From assembly GCF_003018255.1 (NCBI RefSeq), contig NZ_CP027440.1: DNA of 64,000 bases. One strand, given 5' to 3'. This DNA is from Escherichia coli. GTDB taxonomy: Bacteria > Pseudomonadota > Gammaproteobacteria > Enterobacterales > Enterobacteriaceae. Below the pieces are notes generated by a model. That model was not told the origin of the DNA. It worked only from the letters and a program-made list of their open reading frames with translations, and did no database searches. Below, piece after piece: positions 31,411 through 44,122 of the stretch (the first letter of the stretch is position 1; each line of letters opens with the position of its first letter). Both the position numbers and the translations under genes were made by a program.

Positions 31411-32844
31411 TTAGCCTTTTTTATCCTGTTGGATCTTCTTGATGATGTTGGTCGTCGAGCAACCGTCTTCAAAGTTGAGCACCAGCACTTCACCACCGTT
31501 GGCCCAGACTTCTTTACTCCCGGCAATCTCTTCTGGTTTATAGTCGCCGCCTTTCACCAGTAGATCTGGCAAGATACCGGCGATCAAGCGCTGCGGCGTG
31601 TCCTCTTCAAACGACACCACCCAGTCGACCGCTTCCAGTGCGCCCAGCACAATCATACGCTGTTCGAGCTGGTTAACGGGGCGGGAATCCCCTTTCAGCC
31701 GTTTGGTGGAGGCATCGCTGTTCACAGCGACAATCAAACGGTCACCCAGTTTACGGGCATTTGCCAGATAAGAGACGTGCCCAGCGTGCAGGATGTCAAA
31801 GACACCGTTGGTCATCACCACTTTTTCACCGCGTTTACGCGCTGCCGCTACAGCAAGCTTCAGTTCCTCTTCGGTCATCACACCAAAGCCGGTATCTGCA
31901 CGTCCACGTACAGCGTTTTCCAGCTCGATCGGCGAAACCGTGGATGTCCCCAGTTTGCCGACCACCACACCAGCCGCCGCATTGGCAAAGAAGCAGGCTT
32001 CTTCCAGTGAATTACCCGCTGCCAGCGTTGCCGCCAGGACGCCAATCACCGTGTCGCCCGCACCGGTAACGTCATACACTTCCTGCGCCTGGGTTGGCAT
32101 ATGCAGTGGCGCTTTACCCGGTTGCAGCAGCGACATACCCTGTTCGGAACGGGTCACTAACAGAGCCGAGAGTTCGTAATCGGCAATCAGTTTCATGCCG
32201 CGCTCAACAATCTCTTCTTCGGTCTTACATTTACCGACAACAGCTTCAAATTCCGAGAGATTCGGCGTTAACAGCGTAGCGCCGCGGTAGCGCTCAAAAT
32301 CGGTACCTTTTGGATCAATCAGCACCGGAACACCCGCTTTACGCGCCAGTTGGATCATCTGCTGTACGCTTGCCAGCGCACCTTTGGCGTAATCAGAAAG
32401 CACCAGCGCGCCAATCGAACTCAGTGCCTGATTAATCCGCTCGTGCAGCGGCTGCGGATCAACCCCTTCGAAACCTTCTTCGAAATCCAGACGGATCAGT
32501 TGTTGGTTGCGGGAAAGTACCCGTAATTTGGTGATGGTCGGATGCGTCGGTACAGAAACAAAGTCGCATTTGACGTTGACGTCGGCCAGAGATTTACTGA
32601 GCGCGCACGCCGCATCGTCAATGCCCGTCAACCCGACCAGGCGTGCATTAGCACCGAGAGAAGCGATATTCATCGCCACGTTAGCCGCGCCGCCCGGACG
32701 TTCTTCGATGGTATTCACTTTAACCACGGGCACCGGCGCTTCCGGCGAGATACGGCTGGTGGGACCGTACCAGTAACGATCCAGCATCACATCACCAACC
32801 ACCATCACTCCTGCACGTTCAAACTCTGGCAGCGTTACTTTCAT
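31411..32844 (-). CDS. hldE: bifunctional D-beta-D-heptose 7-phosphate kinase / heptose 1-phosphate adenylyltransferase
   Basis: 477 aa; N-terminal PfkB-like kinase and C-terminal cytidylyltransferase-like domain ([10 protein letters not shown]). Confidence 0.95.
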   Translation of the reverse strand: MKVTLPEFERAGVMVVGDVMLDRYWYGPTSRISPEAPVPVVKVNTIEERPGGAANVAMNIASLGANARLVGLTGIDDAACALSKSLADVNVKCDFVSVPTHPTITKLRVLSRNQQLIRLDFEEGFEGVDPQPLHERINQALSSIGALVLSDYAKGALASVQQMIQLARKAGVPVLIDPKGTDFERYRGATLLTPNLSEFEAVVGKCKTEEEIVERGMKLIADYELSALLVTRSEQGMSLLQPGKAPLHMPTQAQEVYDVTGAGDTVIGVLAATLAAGNSLEEACFFANAAAGVVVGKLGTSTVSPIELENAVRGRADTGFGVMTEEELKLAVAAARKRGEKVVMTNGVFDILHAGHVSYLANARKLGDRLIVAVNSDASTKRLKGDSRPVNQLEQRMIVLGALEAVDWVVSFEEDTPQRLIAGILPDLLVKGGDYKPEEIAGSKEVWANGGEVLVLNFEDGCSTTNIIKKIQQDKKG

Positions 32845-32891
32845 TCCTGTCTCCTGAGAGATTCAAAATTTGCGCGCGATAATACCATACT

Positions 32892-35732
32892 TCATTCTTC
32901 CACCAGCCACTTCTGCCAGCTTGCCCGCACCAGTTCACGCTCTGCGGTGAAGCAATCCTCCGACACATGACCCGGCAATTCCTGTAATGCCAGATGATGA
33001 AGTTCATCGCGCAGCGTCGTGTAAGCACGGGTCAGCGCCATCGCTTCCTGCTCTTCCATAATGTCGTTTTGCGCCAGTAGTTCCAGAATGCGCACGTTGT
33101 CTGACCAGCGCGTTAACTTCGGTTTTTCGTGAGCGTAGCGCAACACCAGATATTGAGTAATAAATTCGATATCGGTAATTCCGCCTTCATCGGCTTTGAT
33201 ATCAAAGCGATCGCGATGTTTATTGCCGAGATGGGCACGCATTTTCTCGCGCATTTCCCGCACTTCTGTTTGCAGGGTTTTGCCTTCGCGCGGCAGCGTC
33301 ATAATCTCCCGGCGTACTGCGTCAAAGTGCGCGGTGAGCTGCGGATCGCCGTACACTACACGCGCACGCACCAGCGCCTGATGCTCCCACGTCCAGGCCT
33401 CGTTTTTCTGATAATCAGCAAATGCTTCTGCGGATGTCACCAGCATTCCCGCCGCCCCGGACGGACGCAGTCGTGCATCCACTTCATACAAAATGCCGGA
33501 AGAGGTTCGCGTACTGAACAGATGCATAATGCGTTGCGCCAGACGCAGATAAAACTGTCGCCCGTCGATTTCCCGCTCGCCGTCAGTCATCGCATCCATT
33601 GGGCAATCATGGAGGAAGATCAGGTCAAGATCGGAACTGTAGCCTAACTCCCAGCCACCCAGCTTGCCGTAGCCGACCACCGCAAAACCACGCCCTTCGC
33701 GTTCGTTCAGGTGATTTGGCTTACCGTAGCGGGCAACCATTTGAACCCACGCCTGCTGAACGACGGCATCAATCATGGCTTCTGCCAGCCAGGTTAAGTG
33801 ATCGCTCACTTTCATTACCGGTAGCGTACCGGCGATATCCGCTGCCGCAATGCGTAACAGCTGCGCCTGTTTGAACTGACGCAGCGCCTCAAGCTGTTGT
33901 TCTTCGTCATCTTCCGGCACGCGCAGCAAATACTGGCGCAGTTCATCACGGTAGGCATCCGTCGCCGTTGGTTGGTAGAGGGTATTTGGATCGAGCAATT
34001 CATCCAGCAATAATGGATAACGCGCTAGCTGGCTGGCAATCATCGGCGATGCAGCACACAGAGAAATCAAATGTTTAAGCGCCGCAGGGAATTCACTAAG
34101 CAGCTCAAGATAAGTGGTGCGAGTAACAATCCCCACCAGCAAGGCGGTAATGCGCGACAGCGTGACAGCAGCGTCTTCACGCGCACAGACATCACTTAGC
34201 AGATGTGGCATCAGATGGTCGAGCACCTGACGTCCTCGCGGCCCGATGGTGCGCTTATCCAGCTCTTTGCGGAAATCAGCAATCAGCATTAGCACCTGTT
34301 TGCGATCATCCTCGCTAAGATGCGCCAGCACTGGCGTGGTGTCATCTTCCTGCAACGCATCCTGCCACAGCTCACGCCACTGTTCCGACAGCGACTCTTC
34401 CTGAGTTTCACTTTCGTCGTCGCCAATCAATTCATTAAACACCCGGCGCACATTGGCCATATGTGCGGTCAGCACCCCGGTCAATTGCGGCCAGTCAGCA
34501 AAGTCCATCGCCCACGCCAGCCGCGCACGGTTAAGCTCATCAAAAGGAAGCGTCTGGGTTTGTTCGTCGTTAATGCTTTGCAGCAGGTTTTCCAGACGCC
34601 GCAGGAACAGATACGCCACTCGCAATTGTTCAGCATCGTTTTCAGAAAGCAGATGCAGCGCGGCAATGGCGCTGAGCGTTGGCAGTAAAGAGCGCGATTG
34701 CAGCGACGGTTCGCGCCCGCCGCGAATGAGCTGGAACACCTGGACGATAAATTCAATTTCGCGAATGCCGCCTGCGCCAAGTTTGATGTTGTCGGTCAAA
34801 CCGCGTCGACGCACTTCACGGGCAATCATTCCTTTCATGTTGCGCAGCGACTGAATCACGCTGAAATCGATGTAACGACGGAAAACAAACGGACGCAGCA
34901 TCGCACGCAACTCGTTAGCATAGACGCCGTCGCTATCCCCCATAATCCGCGCCTTGACCATCGCGTAACGCTCCCAGTCGCGCCCCTGCTCCTGGTAATA
35001 ATCTTCCAGCGCCGCAAAACTCAGCACCAGCGGGCCACTTTCACCAAACGGACGCAGCCGCATATCCACGCGATAGACGAAACCATCCTGCGTTGGTTGA
35101 TCCAGCACTTTAATCAGCCGCTGCCCCATGCGGGTAAAAAACTGCGCGTTATCCAGTTCCCGGCGTCCGCCCTGGGTACAACCATGTTCCGGCCAGGCAA
35201 AAATCAGATCGATATCTGAGGAGAAATTCAGTTCCCCACCGCCCAGCTTACCCATGCCTAAAATCAGCAGCGGTTGCGCTTCGCCCTGCGCATTGCACGG
35301 CGTTCCCCATTCGCGGCAGCAGGCGTCATACAGCCAGTCACGCGCCGCAACAATCAGCGTCTCCGCCAGATGGCTGAGCTGCTGCAATATGCTCTCTTCA
35401 GTAACCAGTGCCAGCGTTTGCGCCCAGGCGATGCGCACCATAATGCGCCGCCGGAATAGCCGCAGCTCGCGCATTAACCCGGCTTCGTCACTCACATTAC
35501 TGAGCGCCTCCTGCAACCATGCTGCGTAATGCTGCCATTCGTCGGCCTGCGGCGGTTGGCTTTCCAGTTCCGTCAGCCACTCTGGATGCGCAATTATGCT
35601 GTCCTGCAGAAAATCACTGAAAGTAAGTACTGACTTCGCCTGTGCGCTAAGTGATTCCTCGGCTAAAGGCTCTGGCAGCCGCTCAACAACGGTCTGCCAG
35701 TACTGCTGTAACGGTGAAGAGAGCGGCTTCAT
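32892..35732 (-). CDS. glnE: glutamine synthetase adenylyltransferase/deadenylase
   Basis: 946 aa from [12 protein letters not shown]; the ORF-track N-terminal extension (to 35936) overlaps ygiF. Confidence 0.95.
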   Translation of the reverse strand: MKPLSSPLQQYWQTVVERLPEPLAEESLSAQAKSVLTFSDFLQDSIIAHPEWLTELESQPPQADEWQHYAAWLQEALSNVSDEAGLMRELRLFRRRIMVRIAWAQTLALVTEESILQQLSHLAETLIVAARDWLYDACCREWGTPCNAQGEAQPLLILGMGKLGGGELNFSSDIDLIFAWPEHGCTQGGRRELDNAQFFTRMGQRLIKVLDQPTQDGFVYRVDMRLRPFGESGPLVLSFAALEDYYQEQGRDWERYAMVKARIMGDSDGVYANELRAMLRPFVFRRYIDFSVIQSLRNMKGMIAREVRRRGLTDNIKLGAGGIREIEFIVQVFQLIRGGREPSLQSRSLLPTLSAIAALHLLSENDAEQLRVAYLFLRRLENLLQSINDEQTQTLPFDELNRARLAWAMDFADWPQLTGVLTAHMANVRRVFNELIGDDESETQEESLSEQWRELWQDALQEDDTTPVLAHLSEDDRKQVLMLIADFRKELDKRTIGPRGRQVLDHLMPHLLSDVCAREDAAVTLSRITALLVGIVTRTTYLELLSEFPAALKHLISLCAASPMIASQLARYPLLLDELLDPNTLYQPTATDAYRDELRQYLLRVPEDDEEQQLEALRQFKQAQLLRIAAADIAGTLPVMKVSDHLTWLAEAMIDAVVQQAWVQMVARYGKPNHLNEREGRGFAVVGYGKLGGWELGYSSDLDLIFLHDCPMDAMTDGEREIDGRQFYLRLAQRIMHLFSTRTSSGILYEVDARLRPSGAAGMLVTSAEAFADYQKNEAWTWEHQALVRARVVYGDPQLTAHFDAVRREIMTLPREGKTLQTEVREMREKMRAHLGNKHRDRFDIKADEGGITDIEFITQYLVLRYAHEKPKLTRWSDNVRILELLAQNDIMEEQEAMALTRAYTTLRDELHHLALQELPGHVSEDCFTAERELVRASWQKWLVEE

Positions 35733-35754
35733 AAGCGATTTTATCCTTGCCTGA

Positions 35755-37056
35755 TTAACGTTTTCCGCTGTGCAACCAGAACGGTTCCTGATTGTTTGCC
35801 TCATTACGGAAATGTTCAATTTCAATGCGTTGCCCGGTCGCAATAGCGTGACGCAGCCCCTGCCAGTTCTCCAGCCAGGCTTGCGCGACGACAGGATCGT
35901 AGTAACCCGCCAGCAACAGGATTGAGTCAATATCACGCGTCAGGCGTGGCAACTGGTCACGGTAGCGATCGCCCAACGGCTGGCAGAAAACGCTTTTCAG
36001 TTCAGCGGCATGGCGGGAAAGATGGATATCGGCAAAGCGTTTGAAGGAATCGCTCATTTTACTCTGCGCTTTGGCATCTAAAAACGGCTGCCAGGCTTTG
36101 CTTACCAGCCATTCGGTCAATGCCAGCTTCGCCATTGCCGTTTCGGTAGAGTAGACCGCCGTCACGGCAGAAACCGCTGAAGCGATGGTCGCTTCGCATT
36201 GAGTCAATAAATCACGTAAGTGAGTGCTCGCTTTACGCGGCACAATGCCACCGAACAGCATCAGCGTATGACGGACCAGGCCAATGGCTGCCAGCACCTG
36301 CTCTTTCGCCGCATCATTGCCGCGTACCCATAGTTCTTCATGATACTGCCATTGCGCTAACGCCAGCTCGAGCGCCGCTTCCAGCCCCTGTTCCACATCA
36401 GCTTTTGCCGCAACATGTAAAATGGTGGTCGGTTTGATTTCACGCGCCGGATTGCCCTGCGCCAGATGATAGCCACGCGCCGCTTTGCTCAGACTGCCCT
36501 GGCGTAATCCGGTTTGCGATACCAGTTGGTTCGCCAGTTTCAGCACCGCGCGCGTGTCGCCGCTAAGCAGTTCCAGTTCCAGCTCGCAGATAGGTTCAGC
36601 AAATTCACCCGCTTTCACTTCCCCCTGGTCGAGGGCGATTTCAATTTGGCTACCATCAACCTCTACCAGCCACTTTTCGCGATAAAAATCGGTGCTAAAC
36701 AGCGGCTGCACGCGGGAAGCGAGATCGGTAGGCAATTCGCCGTTCGGCCAGACTTCCGTCGGTAACTGCGCCAGGTCGAGCGTCGGTTCGCTCAACGCCA
36801 CGTTATATTCCGGGCGCTGGTGTAAGCCGCCTGTCACTCTTCCTGCAACTTTCATGGTCATCTCATAGCGACCGTTTTCGCCACGAATACGCAAGCCCAT
36901 GTCGTGCCCACGCAGCCAGTTATCCGGCGTTTCGTAGTAAATATTCAGCAACTGCACGGGGTCATGGTGCTTGCCGCCCAGCGTATTGAGATGGTCACGC
37001 AACGCCTCAACGGCACTGTGATTAACAATAAACTTTAATTCGATTTCCTGAGCCAT
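35755..37056 (-). CDS. ygiF: inorganic triphosphatase (CYTH plus CHAD domains) YgiF
   Basis: 433 aa; N-terminal EIELKF CYTH motif. Confidence 0.85.
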   Translation of the reverse strand: MAQEIELKFIVNHSAVEALRDHLNTLGGKHHDPVQLLNIYYETPDNWLRGHDMGLRIRGENGRYEMTMKVAGRVTGGLHQRPEYNVALSEPTLDLAQLPTEVWPNGELPTDLASRVQPLFSTDFYREKWLVEVDGSQIEIALDQGEVKAGEFAEPICELELELLSGDTRAVLKLANQLVSQTGLRQGSLSKAARGYHLAQGNPAREIKPTTILHVAAKADVEQGLEAALELALAQWQYHEELWVRGNDAAKEQVLAAIGLVRHTLMLFGGIVPRKASTHLRDLLTQCEATIASAVSAVTAVYSTETAMAKLALTEWLVSKAWQPFLDAKAQSKMSDSFKRFADIHLSRHAAELKSVFCQPLGDRYRDQLPRLTRDIDSILLLAGYYDPVVAQAWLENWQGLRHAIATGQRIEIEHFRNEANNQEPFWLHSGKR

Positions 37057-37297
37057 AGCCTTTACTTATCGGTTATGTCACATAAGTGACGATGAACGGC
37101 GAACTTAATGCGATCTTTTTTGTCAGTAGATAGTATTTTGCGCCAAATTGCCATGCAACGGGCAATTTGACGGGCGTAAAAGTTTGAAGCAGTGGCAAGA
37201 CCTGACACAGAGGATTCCGATTGATGTCGAATGCTTTGCGTAGCGACACTGATGCCACTACTATCGTTCCACTTTCCATGACAATAACGACAGCCTG

Positions 37298-37918
37298 ATG
37301 CCAAAATTACGCCTGATCGGATTAACTTTACTCGCACTTAGCGCCACTGCCGTCTCACACGCTGAAGAAACGCGCTATGTTTCTGATGAACTGAATACCT
37401 GGGTCCGTAGCGGTCCGGGAGATCATTATCGCCTCGTGGGCACGGTTAACGCCGGCGAGGAAGTGACCTTATTACAAACTGACGCCAACACCAATTATGC
37501 CCAGGTGAAAGACAGCTCTGGCCGTACCGCCTGGATCCCGTTGAAACAACTTAGCACAGAGCCAAGCCTGCGCTCCCGTGTGCCAGATCTGGAAAATCAG
37601 GTCAAAACCCTGACCGATAAACTCACCAATATCGATAACACCTGGAACCAACGCACCGCAGAAATGCAGCAAAAAGTGGCGCAGAGCGACAGCGTGATCA
37701 ACGGGTTAAAAGAAGAAAATCAGAAACTGAAAAACGAGCTGATTGTCGCGCAGAAAAAGGTCGATGCCGCCAGCGTACAGCTGGATGACAAACAGCGCAC
37801 CATCATCATGCAGTGGTTTATGTATGGCGGTGGCGTGCTGGGGCTTGGCTTGCTGCTTGGTCTGGTACTGCCGCACCTGATCCCAAGCCGCAAACGCAAA
37901 GATCGCTGGATGAACTAA
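37298..37918 (+). CDS. ygiM: SH3-domain membrane-anchored protein YgiM
   Basis: 206 aa; signal peptide, SH3-like region, C-terminal TM. Confidence 0.8.
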   Translation: MPKLRLIGLTLLALSATAVSHAEETRYVSDELNTWVRSGPGDHYRLVGTVNAGEEVTLLQTDANTNYAQVKDSSGRTAWIPLKQLSTEPSLRSRVPDLENQVKTLTDKLTNIDNTWNQRTAEMQQKVAQSDSVINGLKEENQKLKNELIVAQKKVDAASVQLDDKQRTIIMQWFMYGGGVLGLGLLLGLVLPHLIPSRKRKDRWMN

Positions 37919-37981
37919 ATCGCCTTCTTCGTTGCACTGTCTTATTATTAGGAATTGTGTATTTGACGAAGGGATGATGGC

Positions 37982-39220
37982 GTGAAGATTTATCTGGTCG
38001 GTGGTGCTGTTCGGGATGCATTGTTAGGGCTACCGGTCAAAGACAGAGATTGGGTGGTGGTCGGCAGTACGCCACAGGAGATGCTCGACGCGGGCTACCA
38101 GCAGGTAGGCCGCGATTTTCCTGTGTTTCTGCATCCGCAAACGCATGAAGAGTATGCACTGGCACGTACCGAACGGAAATCTGGTTCCGGTTACACCGGT
38201 TTTACCTGCTATGCCGCACCGGATGTCACGCTGGAAGATGATCTTAAGCGTCGCGATCTGACCATTAATGCGCTGGCCCAGGACGATAACGGCGAGATTA
38301 TCGACCCGTACAACGGTCTGGGCGATCTGCAAAATCGTCTGTTGCGCCATGTTTCCCCCGCTTTTGGCGAAGATCCGTTACGCGTGTTGCGCGTAGCGCG
38401 TTTTGCTGCGCGTTATGCCCACCTCAGTTTCCGTATTGCCGATGAAACTCTGGCGCTGATGCGCGAGATGACCCATGCGGGTGAACTGGAACACCTGACG
38501 CCTGAACGGGTATGGAAAGAGACGGAAAACGCCCTCACCACCCGCAATCCCCAGGTGTTCTTCCAGGTACTGCGCGATTGCGGCGCACTGCGCGTTTTAT
38601 TCCCGGAAATTGACGCCCTGTTTGGCGTTCCGGCCCCTGCCAGGTGGCATCCGGAAATCGACACGGGTATTCATACCTTAATGACGCTCTCAATGGCGGC
38701 GATGCTGAGTCCGCAGGTCGATGTCCGTTTCGCAACGTTATGCCACGATCTCGGTAAAGGACTGACGCCACCAGAACTTTGGCCGCGTCATCATGGTCAT
38801 GGCCCGGCGGGTGTGAAGTTAGTGGAACAACTATGCCAGCGTCTGCGCGTGCCAAATGAAATTCGCGATTTAGCCAGACTGGTGGCTGAGTTTCACGATC
38901 TCATCCACACCTTCCCAATGCTGAACCCAAAAACCATCGTCAAATTGTTTGATTCCATCGACGCCTGGCGTAAACCGCAGCGTGTCGAGCAACTGGCGCT
39001 GACCAGCGAGGCTGATGTGCGCGGCAGAACCGGTTTTGAATCAGCCGACTACCCGCAAGGCCGCTGGTTGCGCGAAGCCTGGGAAGTGGCACAGTCAGTG
39101 CCGACAAAAGCCGTCGTTGAAGCGGGATTTAAAGGTGTGGAGATTCGCGAGGAGCTGACCCGACGGCGGATTGCGGCGGTGGCTGGCTGGAAGGAACAGC
39201 GTTGCCCAAAACCTGAGTGA
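37982..39220 (+). CDS. cca: tRNA CCA-adding nucleotidyltransferase/phosphohydrolase
   Basis: 412 aa; GTG start; GGAVRD motif and HD domain. Confidence 0.95.
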   Translation: MKIYLVGGAVRDALLGLPVKDRDWVVVGSTPQEMLDAGYQQVGRDFPVFLHPQTHEEYALARTERKSGSGYTGFTCYAAPDVTLEDDLKRRDLTINALAQDDNGEIIDPYNGLGDLQNRLLRHVSPAFGEDPLRVLRVARFAARYAHLSFRIADETLALMREMTHAGELEHLTPERVWKETENALTTRNPQVFFQVLRDCGALRVLFPEIDALFGVPAPARWHPEIDTGIHTLMTLSMAAMLSPQVDVRFATLCHDLGKGLTPPELWPRHHGHGPAGVKLVEQLCQRLRVPNEIRDLARLVAEFHDLIHTFPMLNPKTIVKLFDSIDAWRKPQRVEQLALTSEADVRGRTGFESADYPQGRWLREAWEVAQSVPTKAVVEAGFKGVEIREELTRRRIAAVAGWKEQRCPKPE

Positions 39221-39229
39221 GTGTTGGAT

Positions 39230-39395
39230 ATTTTGCCGGATGCGACGTAAGCGTCTTATCCGGCTACATGTCAACGACAGTTGTAGGCCTGATAAGACGC
39301 GCGAGCGTCGCATCAGGCGTTGATTGCCGGATGCGGCGTGAACGCCTTATCCGGCCTACGCAATCTGATAAGACGCGTCAGCATCATATCCGACA
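39230..39395. repeat. cluster of REP (BIME) palindromic elements
   Basis: Several copies of the GCCGGATGCGGCGTGAACGCCTTATCCGGCCTAC / CTGATAAGACGCG family between cca and uppP. Confidence 0.85.
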
Positions 39396-39407
39396 CTGTT
39401 CTTCACA

Positions 39408-40229
39408 TCAAAAGAACACAACGTACACCGCAGCCGCCACAATAAAGCGATAAATGGCGAACGGGATAAACGAAATGCGCTTAATCAATTGCAGGAAGGT
39501 TTTAATCGCTATCAGCGCCACCACAAAAGCGGTGATAAACCCAACGGCAAACATCGGGATATCGCCGGTAGTCAGGAAGCCCCAGCTTTTGTAGAGATCG
39601 AGCGCCGTTGCGCCCATCATCATCGGCACCGCCAGCAGGAACGAGAACTCGGAAGCAGCGTAACGGCTCACCCCCATCAGCATCCCACCTGAAATGGTCG
39701 CCCCGGAACGGGAGAAACCCGGCCACAGCGCCAGACACTGGAAACAGCCAATCATAAACGCCTGACGATAGGTCATATCATCAAGACCCGGCGCACGCGG
39801 CTCTTTCGGCTTCAGGCATTCGGCGGCAATCAGCAACAGACCGCCAACAACCAGCGCATACATCACATTTATCGGGTTAAACAATGACTTAATCGTGTCG
39901 TGGAACAACAGCCCCAGTACCACCGCCGGAATCATCCCCAGCAAAATGTGGATCAGCGTTAAACGACCTTTGCTTTCTCCTTCGTGCTGCAACGGGCGGC
40001 CAAAGTGGATGCCAATCAGGCCAAACAGACGCCGCCAGAACATCACTACTACCGCTAGAATTGATCCTAACTGGATCACAACCTCAAAGGTTTTCGCCGT
40101 GTCGCCCTCAAACCCCAACAAGTGACCGACAATAATCATATGGCCCGTGCTGGATACCGGCAGAAATTCTGTCAATCCTTCGACCACACCCAATATTGCC
40201 GCTATCAGCAGCGAGTGCATATCGCTCAT
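39408..40229 (-). CDS. uppP: undecaprenyl-diphosphate phosphatase
   Basis: 273 aa from [30 protein letters not shown]. Confidence 0.92.
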
Positions 40230-40319
40230 CAATAAACCCCTAAATTATTAAAATGTACCGCTTGTCCGAACTACTGCAGTATGACCAGGTTATAACCGTT
40301 TGGTTTAACAGCTGTAAAA

Positions 40320-40688
40320 TTAATTATTTTCTTTCAGATTATTGCCACGCTCAATGATTACGCCAACATTCGCCGCCCGCGCCACTGCGCCTGGCTTGCT
40401 GAGTTTGATACGCACCCACGGCGAGTTGAAGCGTGCTAACAGCAGCTCCGCCACCTCTTCCGCCACACGTTCCACCAGCGCAAAACGCGCCCCCTCGACG
40501 TGGCTGACCACCGTTTCTGCAATGTCAGCGTAACTGAGGCAATCCGCCACATCATCACTTTTCGCCGCTTTACGGTTATCCCACGCCATTTCGATATCGA
40601 ACACTAACTTCTGTTCGATGGTCTGTTCCCAGTCGTAAACACCAATAGTGGTGATTACCGAAAGTTGCTCTATAAATACAATATCCAT
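40320..40688 (-). CDS. folB: dihydroneopterin aldolase
   Basis: 122 aa from MDIVFIEQLSVITTIGVYDWEQ. Confidence 0.92.
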   Translation of the reverse strand: MDIVFIEQLSVITTIGVYDWEQTIEQKLVFDIEMAWDNRKAAKSDDVADCLSYADIAETVVSHVEGARFALVERVAEEVAELLLARFNSPWVRIKLSKPGAVARAANVGVIIERGNNLKENN

Positions 40689-40792
40689 CACGTCCTGCCT
40701 GCTTTTTGGCTAACCGGATACCACTTCCGGCGAAATGTGCGTATTATCCACAGATTCATCGTTGAACACGAATTTTCAAAACGGAACAGCTT

Positions 40793-41410
40793 ATGAGTGC
40801 AATCGCGCCTGGAATGATCCTCATCGCGTACCTCTGCGGCTCCATTTCCAGTGCCATTCTGGTTTGCCGCTTGTGTGGGCTGCCCGATCCGCGAACCAGC
40901 GGCTCCGGCAATCCTGGCGCAACCAATGTGTTACGTATCGGTGGCAAGGGAGCAGCCGTAGCAGTACTGATTTTCGACGTTCTGAAAGGAATGTTGCCTG
41001 TCTGGGGCGCGTATGAATTAGGTGTCAGCCCCTTCTGGCTAGGCTTAATTGCCATCGCCGCCTGTCTTGGACACATCTGGCCCGTTTTCTTCGGTTTTAA
41101 AGGAGGAAAAGGCGTTGCTACCGCTTTTGGTGCCATCGCACCAATTGGCTGGGATCTTACCGGAGTAATGGCGGGAACCTGGTTACTGACCGTGCTATTG
41201 AGCGGATATTCGTCGCTGGGAGCGATTGTCAGTGCACTGATTGCTCCGTTTTATGTCTGGTGGTTTAAGCCACAATTCACCTTCCCGGTTTCGATGCTCT
41301 CTTGCCTGATCCTGCTGCGTCATCATGACAACATCCAGCGTCTGTGGCGTCGTCAGGAGACAAAAATCTGGACGAAATTCAAAAGAAAGCGCGAAAAGGA
41401 TCCCGAGTGA
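40793..41410 (+). CDS. plsY: glycerol-3-phosphate acyltransferase PlsY
   Basis: 205 aa membrane protein; sequence as E. coli YgiH/PlsY. Confidence 0.9.
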
Positions 41411-41422
41411 TTTCTGGTGGAT

Positions 41423-42355
41423 CTACATAATCTGATAGCCTTCGTCGGGCTTGCCCAGCCGTTGCTGGCACCATGCCGCCAGAAATTCCACGCAGACACG
41501 TAATTTCATGCTGCGATAGAGCGGCTCCCGGTAAACAGCCCAGATATTGGCGCTTTGTGCATACTCCGGCAATACTCGCACCAGTTTGCCACTCTCCAGA
41601 AACGGCAACACATCCCACTCGGAACGCAACATAATCCCTTTGCCCTCCAGCGCCCATTGCAACACTATCTCGCCGCTATTGGAGGAAAGATGCCCGCTTA
41701 CCTTCACCGATTTTTTCTCCTGACCGTTCCCCAACTCCCATATTCCGTGGGTCATATCACGCTCTTTGGTCACCAGACAGTCATGACGACTTAATTCCTG
41801 CAAGGATTGTGGCTGCGGATATTTTTGCAGATACTCAGGTGCAGCACATAATATTCGTTTATTTTTTGTCAAAAGATGCGCAATATAATAATCAGGAATT
41901 TCGTCATTAATACGAATATCCAGATCAATATTATCCTGCACTAAATCAATTTGCCGATCGAACAATTCAAAATGCACCTGTAACTCAGGATAATTGCGCA
42001 TCAGTTCGGTAATAGCTGGCGCAATATGGCTGCGCCCAAAACCAAAACTACAGCCAATACGAATCATCCCCTCCGGGCGCGTTTTGATTTGCGTGACGTC
42101 ATCGACCAGTCGCTGATATTGGGTGAGGATTTCCAGCGCATGCTCGTAACAACGTTGGCCACTTTCAGTCAGCGCCACGCCGCGAGCGGAGCGGTTCAGC
42201 AGCGTTGTTGCCAGCGTATTTTCAAGGATTTGGATCCGCTTGGTGACAAATGCAGGCGTCTGCCCAAGCGTCGCCGCTGCGGCGCTAAAACTCCCGCTGT
42301 GGACGATTTCTACCAGTACCTGCAAATCTTTGGCTAAAGGCCAGCTATTCAGCAT
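41423..42355 (-). CDS. ttdR: LysR-family activator of the L-tartrate operon
   Basis: 310 aa; LysR HTH; divergent from ttdA. Confidence 0.85.
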   Translation of the reverse strand: MLNSWPLAKDLQVLVEIVHSGSFSAAAATLGQTPAFVTKRIQILENTLATTLLNRSARGVALTESGQRCYEHALEILTQYQRLVDDVTQIKTRPEGMIRIGCSFGFGRSHIAPAITELMRNYPELQVHFELFDRQIDLVQDNIDLDIRINDEIPDYYIAHLLTKNKRILCAAPEYLQKYPQPQSLQELSRHDCLVTKERDMTHGIWELGNGQEKKSVKVSGHLSSNSGEIVLQWALEGKGIMLRSEWDVLPFLESGKLVRVLPEYAQSANIWAVYREPLYRSMKLRVCVEFLAAWCQQRLGKPDEGYQIM

Positions 42356-42561
42356 CGTTAATTATCCGCAGTTGTGATAAGCGCAGTGTATTTCGCAAAA
42401 CATTGCCATTCCCTGCTCTGGCGCAATATTCATTCTTATTTTCGCGTTGATTCACGAACTGTGAATTACATATTCACGGCAGCAAAAAATATAAAACCAC
42501 ATTTTTAGTGGTAGTTTGTGGCGGTGAGTTTTTCCAGACAAATACATAAACTGGAGTTGCC

Positions 42562-43473
42562 ATGATGAGCGAAAGTAATAAGCAACAGGCAGTGAATAAG
42601 TTGACGGAGATTGTCGCTAACTTTACCGCCATGATTTCTACCCGAATGCCCGATGACGTGGTGGACAAACTAAAACAGCTAAAGGATGCCGAAACGTCGT
42701 CGATGGGGAAAATCATCTACCACACGATGTTCGACAACATGCAAAAAGCAATCGACCTGAATCGTCCTGCCTGTCAGGACACCGGGGAGATTATGTTCTT
42801 CGTTAAAGTCGGTTCCCGTTTCCCGCTGCTTGGCGAGCTGCAAAGCATTCTTAAGCAAGCTGTGGAAGAAGCAACCGTCAAAGCGCCACTGCGCCACAAC
42901 GCGGTGGAAATTTTTGACGAAGTGAACACCGGCAAAAATACCGGCAGCGGCGTACCGTGGGTCACCTGGGATATCGTCCCCGACGGTGACGATGCGGAAA
43001 TCGAAGTTTACATGGCAGGCGGCGGCTGCACACTACCTGGTCGTTCGAAAGTGTTAATGCCGTCAGAAGGCTACGAAGGCGTAGTGAAATTCGTCTTCGA
43101 AAATATCTCCACCCTCGCCGTAAACGCCTGTCCACCGGTACTGGTGGGCGTGGGCATCGCCACCTCGGTGGAAACCGCCGCCGTGCTCTCGCGAAAAGCC
43201 ATTTTGCGCCCGATTGGCAGCCGCCACCCCAATCCGAAAGCGGCAGAGCTGGAGCTACGCCTGGAAGAAGGACTCAACCGTCTGGGGATTGGTCCACAAG
43301 GGCTGACTGGCAACAGTTCAGTGATGGGCGTACATATCGAATCTGCCGCCCGCCATCCGTCAACCATCGGCGTTGCTGTTTCTACAGGCTGCTGGGCGCA
43401 TCGTCGCGGCACACTGCTGGTTCATGCCGATCTCACCTTTGAAAATCTGTCTCATACCCGGAGCGCGTTATGA
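42562..43473 (+). CDS. ttdA: L(+)-tartrate dehydratase alpha subunit
   Basis: 303 aa Fe-S hydro-lyase alpha chain. Confidence 0.9.
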
Positions 43474-44075
43474 AAAAGATCCTGACAACCCCGATCAAAG
43501 CTGAAGATCTGCAAGATATTCGCGTCGGCGATGTGATCTACCTGACCGGTACGCTGGTGACCTGCCGTGACGTTTGTCACCGCCGATTGATCGAACTGAA
43601 ACGTCCGATCCCTTACGATCTCAACGGCAAAGCGATTTTCCACGCTGGCCCCATCGTGCGCAAAAACGGCGACAAATGGGAGATGGTGTCCGTCGGCCCG
43701 ACAACCAGTATGCGTATGGAAAGTTTTGAACGTGAATTTATCGAGCAGACCGGCGTGAAACTGGTGGTCGGCAAAGGCGGAATGGGGCCGCTGACCGAAG
43801 AAGGCTGCCAGAAATTCAAGGCGCTGCATGTGATTTTCCCGGCTGGCTGTGCGGTACTGGCGGCAACTCAAGTGGAAGAAATTGAAGAGGTACACTGGAC
43901 AGAACTCGGGATGCCAGAGTCGCTGTGGGTCTGCCGGGTCAAAGAGTTTGGCCCGCTGATTGTCTCTATAGATACCCACGGCAACAACCTGATAGCCGAA
44001 AACAAAAAGCTGTTCGCCGAACGCCGCGATCCCATCGTGGAAGAGATTTGCGAGCACGTCCACTACATCAAATAA
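43470..44075 (+). CDS. ttdB: L(+)-tartrate dehydratase beta subunit
   Basis: 201 aa; 4 bp overlap with ttdA. Confidence 0.9.
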
Positions 44076-44122
44076 CCCTCACGGAGAGGCTCGCCCCTCT
44101 CCTTTTTCGCAGGCATAACACG

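Noticed and set aside
32892-35936. ORF-track N-terminal extensions of glnE (1014 aa), ebgA (1081 aa, 58520), ttdT (553 aa, 43925), tolC (506 aa, 17448), zupT (25540), ubiK (27812) and the PfkB kinase (8998)
   Set aside because: These are longest-ORF artefacts. The extensions overlap upstream genes or lack an RBS, and the internal start codons give the canonical protein lengths.
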